Source of the DNA: Octopus vulgaris
Taxonomy: Eukaryota
DNA length: 64,000 nucleotides
Direction of reading: 5' to 3'
NCBI GenBank assembly: GCA_951406725.2
Contig: OX597820.1
Location: forward strand, 120,466,001 to 120,530,000
The notes under the pieces were generated by a model. That model ran no database searches, was not told where the DNA came from, and saw only the letters and a program-made list of their open reading frames with translations. Within the stretch, counting starts at the first letter, position 1; every line of letters starts with the position of its first letter. The translations under genes and the position numbers were made by a program. Of the stretch, positions 42,201-55,750 are shown in pieces.

Positions 42201-44005
42201 ATGACTGAATGAATAGAGTAAATTCTTAAAATTATTCCCAGCATTTACGTAATTTGAAAATTTTGTAATTGTTTCTGTTATATGCCGTATATCCTTCAAC
42301 TCCACCCACGCCTCGCATTTGTATCACGTATATGTGTCTACCCTGCATGGCTTTTAATGTACCATGCTTAAAATTGTTTTGCATCTCTCAGTTCTCTTTA
42401 AGTTATCGTGGTTAATAATGTAAATGCTTCTGGTAGTGCTGTGCTCTCTGCTGTTTCTGCTCTTAGTATTCTTCCGTACGTTACAGTTTGATAATTGAAT
42501 TAAAAACTACTTTGACAATCTATATCTATTGCTTTTACTCACGTCTCTCACTTTTAAAAGCTACAAATTTATCGATCAATACAACTCATAAATAAACCAC
42601 ATAATTTATCCAACCAAATATTTTCGCAGATATTACGTTTGTCAAAATTATGATTACCAATGTTTTCCAGATAAATGCAATAATAGTCCACATCTCACCT
42701 CAGCATCTGACATTTTACCCCTTGTTTTCACCTCTTCTTTTTCAGAATTCTATTATATCATTATTAAGGTGCCGCTTTTCGTTTTGGTCCCGAGTCCAAT
42801 TAAAACTGAAATGTTGCCCAATAAGAGGTATCAGAAGTCAACGGAGAAATTTACTATAGAGACTCTGCAGTACTGTAAAAAAACAAAATGAAACAAAATG
42901 GATTTTAGAGAGAGTTCCAAATGTAGTTCTTTTAGGAGAAGAGAAATAGTTTGAAGGAAATACCTCACACACACACACACATGTGTATATGTGTATATAT
43001 GTATGAATACATATATAGACGTGTGTGTGTGTGTGTGTGTGTGTACATTTATTATTTACAGTGAAGAAAAGAGAGGAAATCTACGCATGAAGAAAAAGCT
43101 ATCACATAAAATGTAAAACACTTAAGAAAGAGTGAGAAAGGGAATGTAATGTCCCCGATGACCTTTCTTTCGTATTCAAGCTGTCATCAAACTGTAGAAC
43201 AGTAAAGTTGGTCAAGAGCCAAGTTTGTATAAAGAAACATTACTGTTCGTGATCAAGATGGAAATCTCTGACGGTTTGTAGACGGTGGGGAAGTAAACTC
43301 TAAAAGAATATGTCATAACGTTCACTATTCACAATCCAGCCCTGATGTAAATACTTGTACGGATCTTGTTTATTTCTTTGAAATGCTTTTTGTGTTACGG
43401 AGTAGGGCTGGAGTTCTTTCTGTCATCTTCTCTTTAGGTCACTACTTCCCACCCGTAATCATGCTGTAGTGACAGCCTTGAAGAATTGAAAGGAATTAAA
43501 ACTAAATACAAATGGTAAAAGAATGACAATAATAAAACTAATGTTTCCGTGGTTTAACAACCATAGATATAAAAGCTATTTCTATTGCTTAACACTTCAC
43601 AAATGTTGGATCTGTGAGTCTTGCCGTCCATGTTGTCCACATTTCATTGACAGTTCGAAAATGTAAAACATAATAAATTCAATGAGGTTACATTTTCCGT
43701 TTTTCATTTTTTTGTTTTGTTTTCTTTTTCGCTTTACACAAACAACAACATTCAGACAGTAATATTCCAGGCCTTTTAAGCAGCCCGGTGGTTGAGAGTC
43801 GCTATCTCGTACAAATGTGTCCCATGTCTTACTGTTTTATTTCTCAAATTTCATTACTGATGAGGAAGTGATCCACTGATTGAGTTTTTCCTCATCGTTG
43901 CAAGAAACACGCTCGTTAAACAGCGATCACTTTTCTTTATTCATTTTATCACTGAAATTCGTATGGCAGTGCTATTTCAAGTGTTATTTAGGAATGCGAA
44001 TGAGA

Positions 44006-44413
44006 TACTCTTTTACGCTTTACTCTTTTACTTGTTTCAGTCATTTGACTGCGGCCATGCTGGAGAACCGCCTTTAGTCGAGCAAATCTACCCCGGGACA
44101 TATTCTTTGTAAGGCCAGTACTTATTCTATCGGTTTCTTTTGCCGAACCGCTAAGTAACGGGGACGTTAACACACCAACGTCGGTTGTCAAGCAATGCTA
44201 GGGGGACAAACACAAACACACAAATACACACACATACATATATATATACGACAGGCTTCTTTCAGTTTCCGTCTACCAAATCCACTCACAAGGTATTGGT
44301 CGGCCCGGAGGCTATAGCAGAAGACACTTGCCCAAGATGCCACGCAGTGGGACTGAACCCGGAACCATGTGGTTGGCTAGCAAGCTACTTACCACACAGC
44401 CACTCCTGCACCT
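44006..44413 (-). mobile_element. SINE family C
   Basis: Full-length homologue. Confidence 0.9.
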
Positions 44414-44588
44414 ATATGAAATATTTTTTCCTGTTTAGGACGTAAATGAATCGGAAATATTTTTTACTTATAAATGGAAATAGTCTTCATATTGTAAATA
44501 TAGCAAACTTCGGTCTCGTTTAGATTTGTAATAGTCTATCGCTGAAACTGAGCAAAGCATGTGATGCTGGGGGAGCCTCCCCTATTCC

Positions 44589-45866
44589 GTTTATTCAATA
44601 TTCAACAAAATATATATTATTGCAAATAATAATTATTTCTTCCTACAATTAAGCTTCTGGTTTCTTAATGACTCATGCTTTCAGATCTATTATGAAACGA
44701 CACATCGCAATAGGATTGACTAAAATTGTATGAAACATTAATAAGAAATGAGAGACTCTAAAATTTAAGATGGGATTACCTTTTTGGAGTTTTCCTTTTC
44801 TTAACCCCAGATGATAAAGAATATTTGATAGAATGTACCTGCTATTTCTAGCAAACCGAGTGACAGTTATGATGGTGGTTGGAGTGGGTTTTTGTTTTCT
44901 GAGAGACGTTTACGATAAATATCAATGGAACATTTTACAGTTATGCATATCATTATGGAATACAAAGCACAACCAAAGACTGCAGACTGACACATTGTTT
45001 TATAGTACATTACCACACTCACTCGCTCATTCCGTTGTATTTCATTTATTACCCTGCTTAATTGATAAGGAATATACACCCGCTCCTTTATTCCATAAAT
45101 AAGAACAGCCTTTTGTCTGTGTTCCTTGCAGAATTAAACCATTCATGTCTATATTCCGCCATTTTGGAAAATGTACTCATTAAGCGTGTTACATTTTTGA
45201 ACAATAAATAAAGTCCTTTGCAGCTATGTAATTATATTTAAGATTTATTGTTAATATAGGAAATTGTCATTAAATGGTTTGCTACTACTACTACACTATA
45301 GTCGCTAGATAATGTTAAACTACAAATAAGCTAACTTGTATTTAGTGGAATTCTACTAATTGGTAGACCGCTGTTTTGGATTCATTCGCATGTACGAGTA
45401 TCGTACCCACGTTTATCGGATCCCCTGATTTACGGAAGACAATGCATGCTTATAATTAATAAATAGCTTCATATATAACATTTCATCTTCTTAATTGGTT
45501 TGTTATTAAGTTTTGGCATCACTGTATTAATACTTTGTCCCAGAGCCTTTATTTTCTTATAACAATGCCATCAATAACATTTAATTATTTTCCTTCGTCA
45601 TAGTTGGTATTTTAAAGCGTTGCTTTGTTGATAGTATCTTTGAGAATCCTGTATTCTTCGTTGAGGTTTATTCAATATTCAACAAAATATATATTATTGC
45701 AAATTATAATTATTTCTTCCTACAATTAAGCTTCTTATTTCTTAATGACTCATGCACCAGCATTTCTAAAATTGACTTTCAGATCTATTATGAAAGGACG
45801 CATCGCAATAGGATTGACTAAAATTGTATGAAACATTAATAAGAAATGAGAGATTCTAAAATTTAA
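44589..45866. repeat. Local direct duplication, ~180-200 bp (44589-44769 and 45666-45866)
   Basis: GTTTATTCAATATTCAACAAAATATATATTATTGCAAAT...CTAAAATTTAA occurs twice. Confidence 0.85.
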
Positions 45867-46927
45867 TCAAAATATGATTACCATACTCTTCTCAAAATTT
45901 GCATAATAATTCATCCACGACACTTGATATTCAGCGGCACCTACTTCATGACCAGTCTTTTGAAGCAACCGAATTGTTCACTAATATAAATTAGAATATA
46001 ATTGATAATTACACAAACGTTCAGCCTTTTGTATTTCGCTTTAGAACTATCTATAACTGAATATTATTCTTTTATTCAATCATTTCTCGGTCTTAATTAG
46101 TTAACTCAATCATCATTAAAATTTATCTCTTCTTTTGATATTTCAACATGTATATGTTTTGGCTTAAAGAGTATACGTCAAACTATCTGAACGACAATTC
46201 GACTGCACAGTCTGTAAATGGTGTCACAGTTGCAGAGAAAGTTTAAAATGAAGATTTAGCTGATTGTCTCTTCTGAAGTAAAAACAAAAACAAACAAAAA
46301 AATGCTACTTGAGCATATATTAGTATTTAATATCCGAGTGGGGTAAATATTTTTTTGAGCATTCCCTGAACCGAGGTAACAAGATAAACATTGGTAGAAC
46401 GCTAACAAGAGGCACATGAATCTTTCTAACCGATTTAATTATATTAACTGCATACGGAGATGATATTTCATTATATATTGATACGTTTTGAAATAAAAAC
46501 AAATGTTAGGTAAGAGAAGTATAGTTTTGCACCAGCTTTATATAGATTTGCCCATTTCTCGCCAATGATTTGCGAAATCCAAGCCCTTATATGTATTAGA
46601 GATGTAATATCGGGGACACAATATGTATAAGAGAATGACGATTTATAATCTCAACGTTTGGATTGGTGGAAAAAGACATGCTAGATGGGGCTGGTGGGTA
46701 CGAAGGTGCAGCAGAAGCAACCTTCTGCGCTGTGGAAATCAGTTTCGGTTTCATCTTGCATCTAATATTTCAAATGTCCCGCAGCGGATGCTCTTACAGA
46801 GCACAGCAATAGGGTAATCTTTTCCAAGTCGGGAAGAATCCACACTAATGAGAAAGTGTGCGAATGACGTGTATTCAGTGAAAAAGAGACACTTAGAAAC
46901 AAGAACGATCGTGCGATATATATGTGT

Positions 46928-47310
46928 GCAGGAGTGACTGTGTGGAAAGTAGCTTGCTTACCAACCACATGGCTCCGGGTTCAATTCCACTGCGTGGCAC
47001 CTTGGGCAGGTGTCTTCTACTATAACCTCGGGCCGACCAAATCCTGAAACTGAAAGAAGCCCGTAGTACATATCTATATGTATATACATGTGCGTGTGTG
47101 TTTGTGTGTTTGTGTGTTTGTCCCCCAACATCGCTTGACAACCGATGCCGTTGTGTTTACGTCCCCGTAACTAAGCGGTTCGGCAAAAGAGAACGATAGA
47201 ATAAGTACTAGGCTTACAAAGGATAAGTCCTGTGGTCGATTTGCTCAACTAAAGGCGGTGCTCCAGCATGGCCATAGTCAAACTACTGAAAGAAGTAAAA
47301 CAGTAAAGAG
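46928..47310 (+). mobile_element. SINE family C (internal deletion)
   Basis: Head and tail present. Confidence 0.88.
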
Positions 47311-47340
47311 AGGATACACATACACACACACACATATATA

Positions 47341-47568
47341 TACTCTTTATTCTTTACTCTTTTACTTGTTTCAGTCATTTGACTGCGGCCATGCTGGACA
47401 CCGCCTTTAATCGAGCGACTCGAACCCGGGACTTATTCTTTTGTAAGCCCAGTACTTATTCTATCGGTCTCTTTTGCCGAACCGCTAGGTAACGGGGACA
47501 TAAACACACCAGTATCGGTTGTCAAGCAATGCTAGGGGATAAACGCAGGCACACAAACATATACACAC

Positions 47569-47629
<61 letters not shown>

Positions 47630-47784
47630 CGACGGCTTCTTTCAGTTTCCGTCTACCAAATCCACTCACATGGCATTTGTCAGGCCGAAGCTATAGCAAA
47701 AGACACTTGCTCAAGGTGCCACGCAGTGGGCGAACCGGAACCATGTGGTTGGTAAACTACTTACCACACAGCCACTCCTGCCCT
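47341..47784 (-). mobile_element. SINE family C
   Basis: Full-length; tail-to-tail with the previous copy. Confidence 0.88.
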
Positions 47785-48577
47785 ATATATTTCAAATTTA
47801 CAGAAAACAAATGACAGATGTAGGAACAACAAGCAGGTGTATTAGTTTGACGATCGGGAAGAATGAAAGTGTCTCTTACGTTTCGAGAAAAGGAGGGAGA
47901 ATGAAACACAAAATAATAAAAATAAGGAGAGAGAAATTGTGTAGGGATTTAACGGTTCAACATTTTGAAATACCCAGCAGAAAGAGGTTGAATGAAAGAG
48001 GGATAATAATGGCGACTCGGTCGAACTAATTTGCTCTCGCGCGCGTATGTGAATGTGAGGATTGCGTGTGTGAGTGTGTATGTATGAATGTGGGTGAATG
48101 TGTATGTGTGGGCCAGCTGAAAATATGTGGAGCTATGTGTGCGTTTTTGTGTAAATATCCAGTGCGTACATTATGAAGAGTTATATGAGATACATGTAAT
48201 TCTATGTATGAGTATGTGCACATTGGCGTGTTTACGTATGTGTACGGTTCTCATCCGTGTATGCAAACGCATTGGCCTGGGCGTGTGTGTATGTGTACAA
48301 ATAATCTAGTGTATGTGTTATGTGGAATGATGTCCGTTTTGTGTATTTGTGTGTGTGTGTAGTGGTGTTTTGTGTGCGCGTATGGACGTGTGTATATACG
48401 CGAGTATTTGTATGAACGTGTGTATATGTGTGAGGTGTTTGGGAATCCGCGTGGGGTTGGTGTCAAATGAAGAGAGGTAGCGAACTGAGCCCATGGGCGC
48501 AAAGAAACGAAGGAAGAAGATTAATATATGTTCACGGCGAAGGCGGGAGTCTGGTTTGCCCCTGTGCAGAAACAGTC

Positions 48578-48764
48578 CGATCGTTAGCCACTACACGCAT
48601 TTTTTTCTCTCCTTGTTTCTCTCCTTGTTTTTTCTGTTGGCCTTTCTGTAGAAGAGCGTAGGCTCGAAACGTAAAAGACTTTTTCTATTCCTGAGCGTTA
48701 TACTAATACATCTGTTTGTTTTGAACACCACCTGTCATCATCTTTTGTTTTTTTCGTAAACTTT

Positions 48765-48768
<4 letters not shown>
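48578..48768 (+). mobile_element. Family H element
   Basis: CTTT-CTGTAGA-A-GAGC-GTAG-GCTC-GAAA-CG-TA-AAAG at 48642-48677; ends CCC-(TA)n. Confidence 0.7.
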
Positions 48769-48842
<74 letters not shown>

Positions 48843-49759
48843 TCATACATACATACACACACACATACTCACATACAGACACACACACACACACACACAT
48901 TTATATATATAATGTACTGATCCGTGATAGAAAATTATATATATATATATACACACATAAAGAAAGAGATATAGATGACACATATTTACAGAGACAAACA
49001 GCTATTTGGATGAGTGTAAATGGCTGCATAAATTTATGAACACTTTTATATATATGCACAGTGTATGGGTATGCGCACACTCACATATACACACGTATCT
49101 ATACAACAATCATTGAAATGGTGCAAGAATGTATACACAGGCATATCCATGGGCGCCAAATCAGATGTAGATGTGTATGTAAATCTATTCAGAAATGCTT
49201 ATACTAATGTAAACCATATACGTATATAAATACATACACATATTCACACAGAAACATATATATACATGTGTATACACACACAGACACATGTGTATATGTA
49301 TCTACGTACGTCCGTATATATGTATGCAATTCTCTTTCTGAATAGTTTTCTATGAGAGTATCATGCGGGTGTGTCTTTGGGAATGACATTAATATTGCAA
49401 ATATTGGCTTTCCGATTAAATACATTTACAGAAATTTAGAATCACCTATAATTTTCGTCCACTTCTTCATCCGTTCTACCTCTTACCGCTAGATAATCTC
49501 TTGTATGCACAGACTGCGAAGCAAGTAGAATGTTATACTAATGGTTAAATAGCAAATTTAATTGCATCAAGCTTACTTTATTGGCAAATCGGTATCGTCA
49601 ATGATAAATTATTGATATTCAGATACATTGTCACATTGTGACGTTCTGATTTCTCCTATCTCTCCACTGCAGTAACCCCATAACGTAGAGAAAGTAGGAG
49701 AGACGAATGAAAGAAAGAAAGAGAGAGAGAGCGATGGGTGTAAGAGAGAAGGAGAGGGT

Positions 49760-49792
<33 letters not shown>

Positions 49793-49918
49793 GGAGAAAT
49801 TTGGTGCATTTTTCTCTCTCTATGAACATTGTCAACGAATGTTTGCTCAGAAATTCGCTTTGTCCATTAGAGCCATTTGATCAGAAAATAATTTCCATAG
49901 AACATTATTATAACGGCG

Positions 49919-50370
<452 letters not shown>

Positions 50371-50527
50371 ATCAAGGGCATTATGGTAATGCGTATGATT
50401 GTTACTGTTTTTATTATAATCATCATGATTTTCAACTTTATCATCAATATGAGGATGCTTATCCTGTCGCTACTGGCAAATATGACGTAGGCAACGATCA
50501 TAGCAACGGTAACGCCAAGGGTGATTA

Positions 50528-50621
50528 GGATGACGATGATGGTGATGTGGTGATGATGATAATGATGATGATGACGACGACGACAATGATGATGATGATG
50601 ATGATGATGACGATGGTGATG

Positions 50622-50688
<67 letters not shown>

Positions 50689-50754
50689 CGATGATGATGA
50701 TGATGATGATGATGAGGAGGAGGAGGAGGATGACGATGATGATGATGGTGATGG

Positions 50755-50789
<35 letters not shown>

Positions 50790-50880
50790 GCGACGATGAT
50801 GATGATAACGTCAATGATGAGAACTATGATGATGATGATGACGACGAGATGATAACGGCGACGACGATGATGACGATGCC
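50528..50880. repeat. (GAT)n-type microsatellite
   Basis: Seen directly; source of the poly-Met ORF. Confidence 0.95.
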
Positions 50881-52389
50881 GACTACCGTGATGAGGATAC
50901 TGCTGTTATTAACTCATGAAGGTGGCGGTGGTGTTGCTATTGGTTTCAGTGGGTGTGTTGCGGGTGCTGGTGATTATGACAGTGTCCAAGATTATTTCGC
51001 AATCTCGAAAGGGAATTCTAAATTTTGAAGTGAAAATCAAATGCGGATTTGTTGAGAACGCCATGTTAAATATTTGCTTAATGCTGTAACGCATAATGTC
51101 CTACTTTGTCAATGCATCTTGCCACGAGGGACCGCTGTAGCGTTTGCATTATTGTCCTTTAAATAGCAATAATTTTCTAAAGTATAATTTCTGAATCATT
51201 TAATAGTTTAGTGTGGACAACATATGTTGACATCATGTTTTCTATTTAAACGCTCAAACTATCTCATCTAACCTCTCAATGCACCTGAGTGCATTCATGA
51301 ATATGTGGCGAGTTTTTACACCATGGCTCAACACAAACGTTTTCAAACCAAATGTTGACTGTCCATAGACAAGATTTTCTATTTGTATACTAATTATTCT
51401 ACCGTATTGTCTGGAAGAAGAAAGTGAAATCCTGAAATTTTTCAAATCCTAAATGTAAAGAAGAAATAAACGGATTGTGCTTACAACCGTTTATCCTTAT
51501 TTTTGTCAAGCTAGAGACCACTAATTTTGTTGAGCTCAACTACATGACAGTTCTAATAAAAAAAATTGACATAGTCCTTCTTTTCGGAGAGATTATAGGA
51601 ACATATCCAACATATAAGAAGGTGTTTCATTGGAAATTTGAATACTCTTTCTGGTTCGTTAACCAGCTTGATACTCCATACTTTGCGCATTTAAATATTT
51701 TTGAATGGTTTAATACTGTAGAGTGCCACACTTAGGACTTTTGCATAAGCAGCACTATCTAGCAAAAAGATTCTCTGTACGCTATATATGAGATTTCCCC
51801 AAATGAGTAACCTGTATAAGATTTTCATTTCAAATAATTTTCCTTGAAACAATCAAACTGAACAGTAATCTTATCCTCATGTAATGATATCCATCTTAGA
51901 ATTTTTATTGGTGCCACCAGAACTGTTACCATATTTCAAACAGTTGTACCACGAATATCATTGGTTTCTATATTCACCAGTCCACTACCAATCCTTCCTC
52001 TATTATCCATCTCACATGATCCCTTATATTCCTTTCAAAGGATGCATTTAATATCAGATAGAAAGAATACTTTAAAACGATCACAAACTATGTTCCAAAT
52101 AAATTATACACCAACAAACCGAACATGACCACCACTGCCAGAACTGATACCACTTCATCAGAAAGAAAACCATAAGTAGCCTAAACAATATTATTAGCAT
52201 ATCTACCAATATTTCAGTTCATGGAATATAGGATATTTGGTTTGCTTTCCATAAAATTTCCAGAGCACCGACATAAAAATTGGAAACGAATCTAAGATTA
52301 TAAACGTGAACATGTTTACTTCAGCAGCGCCTTTGATTGAAATGGGAGGCATCCGAGACCTGTTATTCAACACTATTAATATTCTACCT

Positions 52390-52726
52390 CAATTCAATTC
52401 AATTCAATTTTTATTGGCTCAAAAAGCAAAAGCAAGGCATGTAGGGGGACAGGGAGTTATGTTCAGGGAGGGTGGTCATACGATCTCATTCTCGCTCACA
52501 ACATCATAAGCGGAAAGTGTAACCTCTCGAAAGAGCTGTTCTTCACTCCTGCTCCAGAGCGTGGGCTGCGGGGTCACTCCGAAAAGCTCTATCTACGACG
52601 ATTTCATCTCAATCGAAGGAGAGGGGCTTTCTCCGTCCGGGTTGCGGATCCGTGGAATAAGCTGCCGGACGAGATAGTGAAGATGCCCACAACCGCTCGG
52701 TTCAAAGTCTCTCATGACCAGAAATG
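52390..52726 (-). mobile_element. LINE-like 3' end with 5' inversion
   Basis: 52390-52481 is the reverse complement of ~17721-17808; ~52621-52726 is in direct orientation to ~17637-17707. Confidence 0.7.
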
Positions 52727-53131
52727 GGCGGCGAGCTGGCAGAATCGCTAGCGCGCCGGGAGAAATGCTTAGCTGTATTTCGGCTGCCGTTACGTTCTGA
52801 GTTCAAATTCCGCCGAGGTCGATTTTGCCTTTCATCCTCTCGGGGTCGATAAATTAAGTACCAGTTACGCACTGGGGTCGATGTAATCGAATTAATCCGT
52901 TTGTCTGTCCTTGTTTGTTCCTTCTGTGTTTAGCCCCTTCTGGGTAGTAAAGAAATAGGTACTTCGTCTGCCGTTACGTTCTGAGTTCAAATTCCGTCGA
53001 GGTCGACTTTGCCTTTCATCCTTTCGGGGTCGATAAAATATGTACCAGATACGCACCGGGGTAGATGTAATTGTCTTAATCCGTTTGTTTGTTCCCTCAA
53101 TGTTTATCCCCCTGTCGGCAATGAAGAAATA
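52727..53131 (+). mobile_element. SINE family M dimer
   Basis: Head GGCGGCGAGCTGGCAGAA; second, headless unit begins ~52959. Confidence 0.85.
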
Positions 53132-53679
53132 AATATTCCACCTAAATTATATACTTTTAAAAATACTAAAGCTAAAGCGGAGTTTCGTCCGTCCTTATAA
53201 GTGTATCATGAATTAAAGCTGTATCATGAATTAAAATCATTGGTCATCATGTCCGTATAATGTTTTGTAATACCTGAAGATTTTGCGTGTCAAGCTCTAT
53301 AGATCACTCTATTCGATATACATTATCCTCCCATTGGTTTAGTTGGTAGGATTTCGGTTGCTGGAGTATAACAGGTGCTTCTGTAGGTGTATTGATTGCT
53401 GATATTGCAGTATGCAATTTTGAAAGCGAAATTATCTAAGCACGCATTGCTATCCTTGACTGGATGGTAATTGAAGAGGTCAACGTAATTAAGGGTTTTT
53501 TAGACAAGCTTCTATGTTGGTATCAGGAAGCTCCTAACTATATTACTGGAGCGGTGGATTAAAAGAGATTCCTGAGTGGTAAATTAAAGAGATTATATTT
53601 CTTTTTGTAAATCACTTTAAGCACAAAGAGCGGGTAAATCGTTGTCATTGAACTAACTGCTCATCGAGCTCACTTTTCA

Positions 53680-53970
53680 ACCCCGAAAGGATGAAAGGAT
53701 GAAAGGCAAAATCAACCTGTACGGAATTTGAGCCCCGAACGTAAATACGGACGAGTGCCCTAAGCAGTTTGTTCGGTGTGCTGACGGTTGTAGCAGCTCA
53801 ACGCCTTAATTTATCGATTTCCAATTTTAGCACGAGGTCAGTGGGTTTTCAAATCGATTACATCGATTCCAGTGGTTTGTTAGTACATATTTTATCGACC
53901 TCGAAAGAATTAATGACGTCGGCGAACTTTGAACTCAAAGCGAGCTGAAGATTCTGCCAACTCACCAACT
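53680..53970 (-). mobile_element. Diverged SINE family M fragments
   Basis: CCCCGAAAGGATGAAAGGCAAA..GGAATTTGAGC..GAACGTAA and a second degenerate copy. Confidence 0.6.
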
Positions 53971-54081
53971 TACAATGTGAAAATATCTTAAAATATGTAA
54001 ATCTCCGGAAAATTACGGTTTACACTTTTAAAGAATTTAAAGCGACTTCTAAAAATATGGTTTTTGATTTCTTATCATTTA

Positions 54082-55157
54082 TATCTTTATTGCCCACAAG
54101 GAACTAAACATAGAGGGGACAAACAAGGACAGACAAAAGGATTAAGTCGATTACATCGAACCTAGTGCGTACCTGGTACTTATTTAATCGACCCTAGTAC
54201 GTAACTGGTACTTATATAATCGACCCTAGTGCGTACCTGCTACTTATTTAATCGACCCTAGTGCGTAACTGGTACTTATTTAATCGATCCTAGAGCGGAA
54301 CTGGTACTTATTTAATCGACCCTGAAAAGAGTGAAAGGCAAAGTCAAACTCGGCGGAATTTCAACGCAGAACGTAGCGGCAGACGAAATACCTATTTCTT
54401 TACTGTCCACAAGGGACTAAACACAAAGAGGACAAACAAGGACAGACAAACGGATTAAGTCGATTATATCGACCCCAGTGTGTAACTGGTTTTTATTTAA
54501 TCGACCCGAAACGATGAAAGGCAAAGTCGACCACTGCGGAATTTGAACTCAGAACGTAGCGGTAGACGAAATACCTATTTATTTACTACTCACAAGGCGT
54601 TAAACACAGAGAGGACAAACAAGGACAGACAAACGGATTAAGTTGATTATATCGACGTCAGTGCGTAACTGGTATTTATTTAATCGACCCCGAAAGAATG
54701 AAAGGCAAAGTCGACCTCGGCGGAATTTGAACTCAGAACATAGCGGCAGACGAAATACCTATTTCTTTACTACCCACAGAGAGGACAAACAAGGAGAGAC
54801 AAATGGATTAAGTCGATTATATCGAACCCAGTGCATAACTGGTATTTATTTAATCGACCCCGAAAGGATGAAAGGCAAAGTCGACCTCGGCGGAATTTCA
54901 ACGCAGAACGTAACGGCAGACGAAATACCTATTTCTTTACTACCCACAAGTGGCTAAACACAAAGGGGACAAACAAGGACACACAAACGGATTAAGTCGA
55001 TTATATCGACCCCAGTGCATAACTGGTATTTATTTAATCGACCCCGAGAGGATGAAAGGCAAAGTCGACCTCGGCTGAATTTGAACTCAGAACGTAACGG
55101 CAGCCGATATACCGGTAAGCATTTCGCCCGGCGTGCTAGCGATTCTGCCAGCTCGCC
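54082..55157 (-). mobile_element. SINE family M tandem array (~5 units of ~170-185 bp, one head)
   Basis: Recurrent GACGAAATACCTATTT junctions; ~30-bp subrepeats at ~54160-54320; head at 55157. Confidence 0.88.
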
Positions 55158-55370
55158 GGAAATGTCAATGGGGTGTCACTGGCGTCAAGGAATTTGAACG
55201 TATATTTGTCCTGTCGCGGTTGCTAACTAAAGCAATAACATCTGAGACAGAAGATCCTAATTTGTAAGTAGCTAGCTTCTATCTTCAAGTAATGCTGGGA
55301 TTCAAGAAGATTTTAATGTGAAGAGGAAATATGTTACAGATCAGCTATATACATATTATATTTCGAATGT

Positions 55371-55750
55371 GGAGGCGCAATGGGCCAGTGGTTAGGGCAG
55401 CGGACTCGCGGTCGTAGGGTCGCGGTTTCGATTCCCAGACCGGGCGTTGTGAGTGTTTATTGATCGAAAACACCTAAAGCTCCACGAGGCTCCGGCAGGG
55501 GATGGTGGCGATCCCTGCTGTACTCTTTCACCACAACTCTCTCTCTCTCTTACTTCCTGTTTCTGTTGTACCTGTATTTCAAAGGGCCGCCGGCCTTGTC
55601 ACTCTCTGTGTCACGCTGAATATCCCCGAGAACTACGTTAAGGGTACACGTGTCTGTGGAGTGCTCAGCCACTTGCACGTTAATTTCACGAGCAGGCTGT
55701 TCCGTTGGTCGGATCAACCGGAACCCTCGTCGTCGGAACCGACGGAGTGC
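55371..55750 (+). mobile_element. SINE family R, tail type 1, full length
   Basis: Intact tRNA-like head; exact 13-bp TSD TTATATTTCGAAT. Confidence 0.92.

Noticed and set aside
43857-43910. CTGATGAG hammerhead candidate
   Set aside because: The core is sequestered in its own hairpin (GATGAGGAA/TTCCTCATC); no correctly placed GAAA or stems I and III
54160-54320. CRISPR-like ~30-bp repeats
   Set aside because: No unique spacers; they are tandem slippage copies of a SINE segment in eukaryotic DNA
52721-55164. GAAATG as a TSD around a 2.4-kb SINE-bounded composite
   Set aside because: Only 6 bp; the left copy belongs to the LINE fragment, and a better 12-bp repeat bounds 52390-53131
55371-55445. 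tRNA gene
   Set aside because: The tRNA-like head continues into a SINE body with a TSD; no proper acceptor stem or terminator
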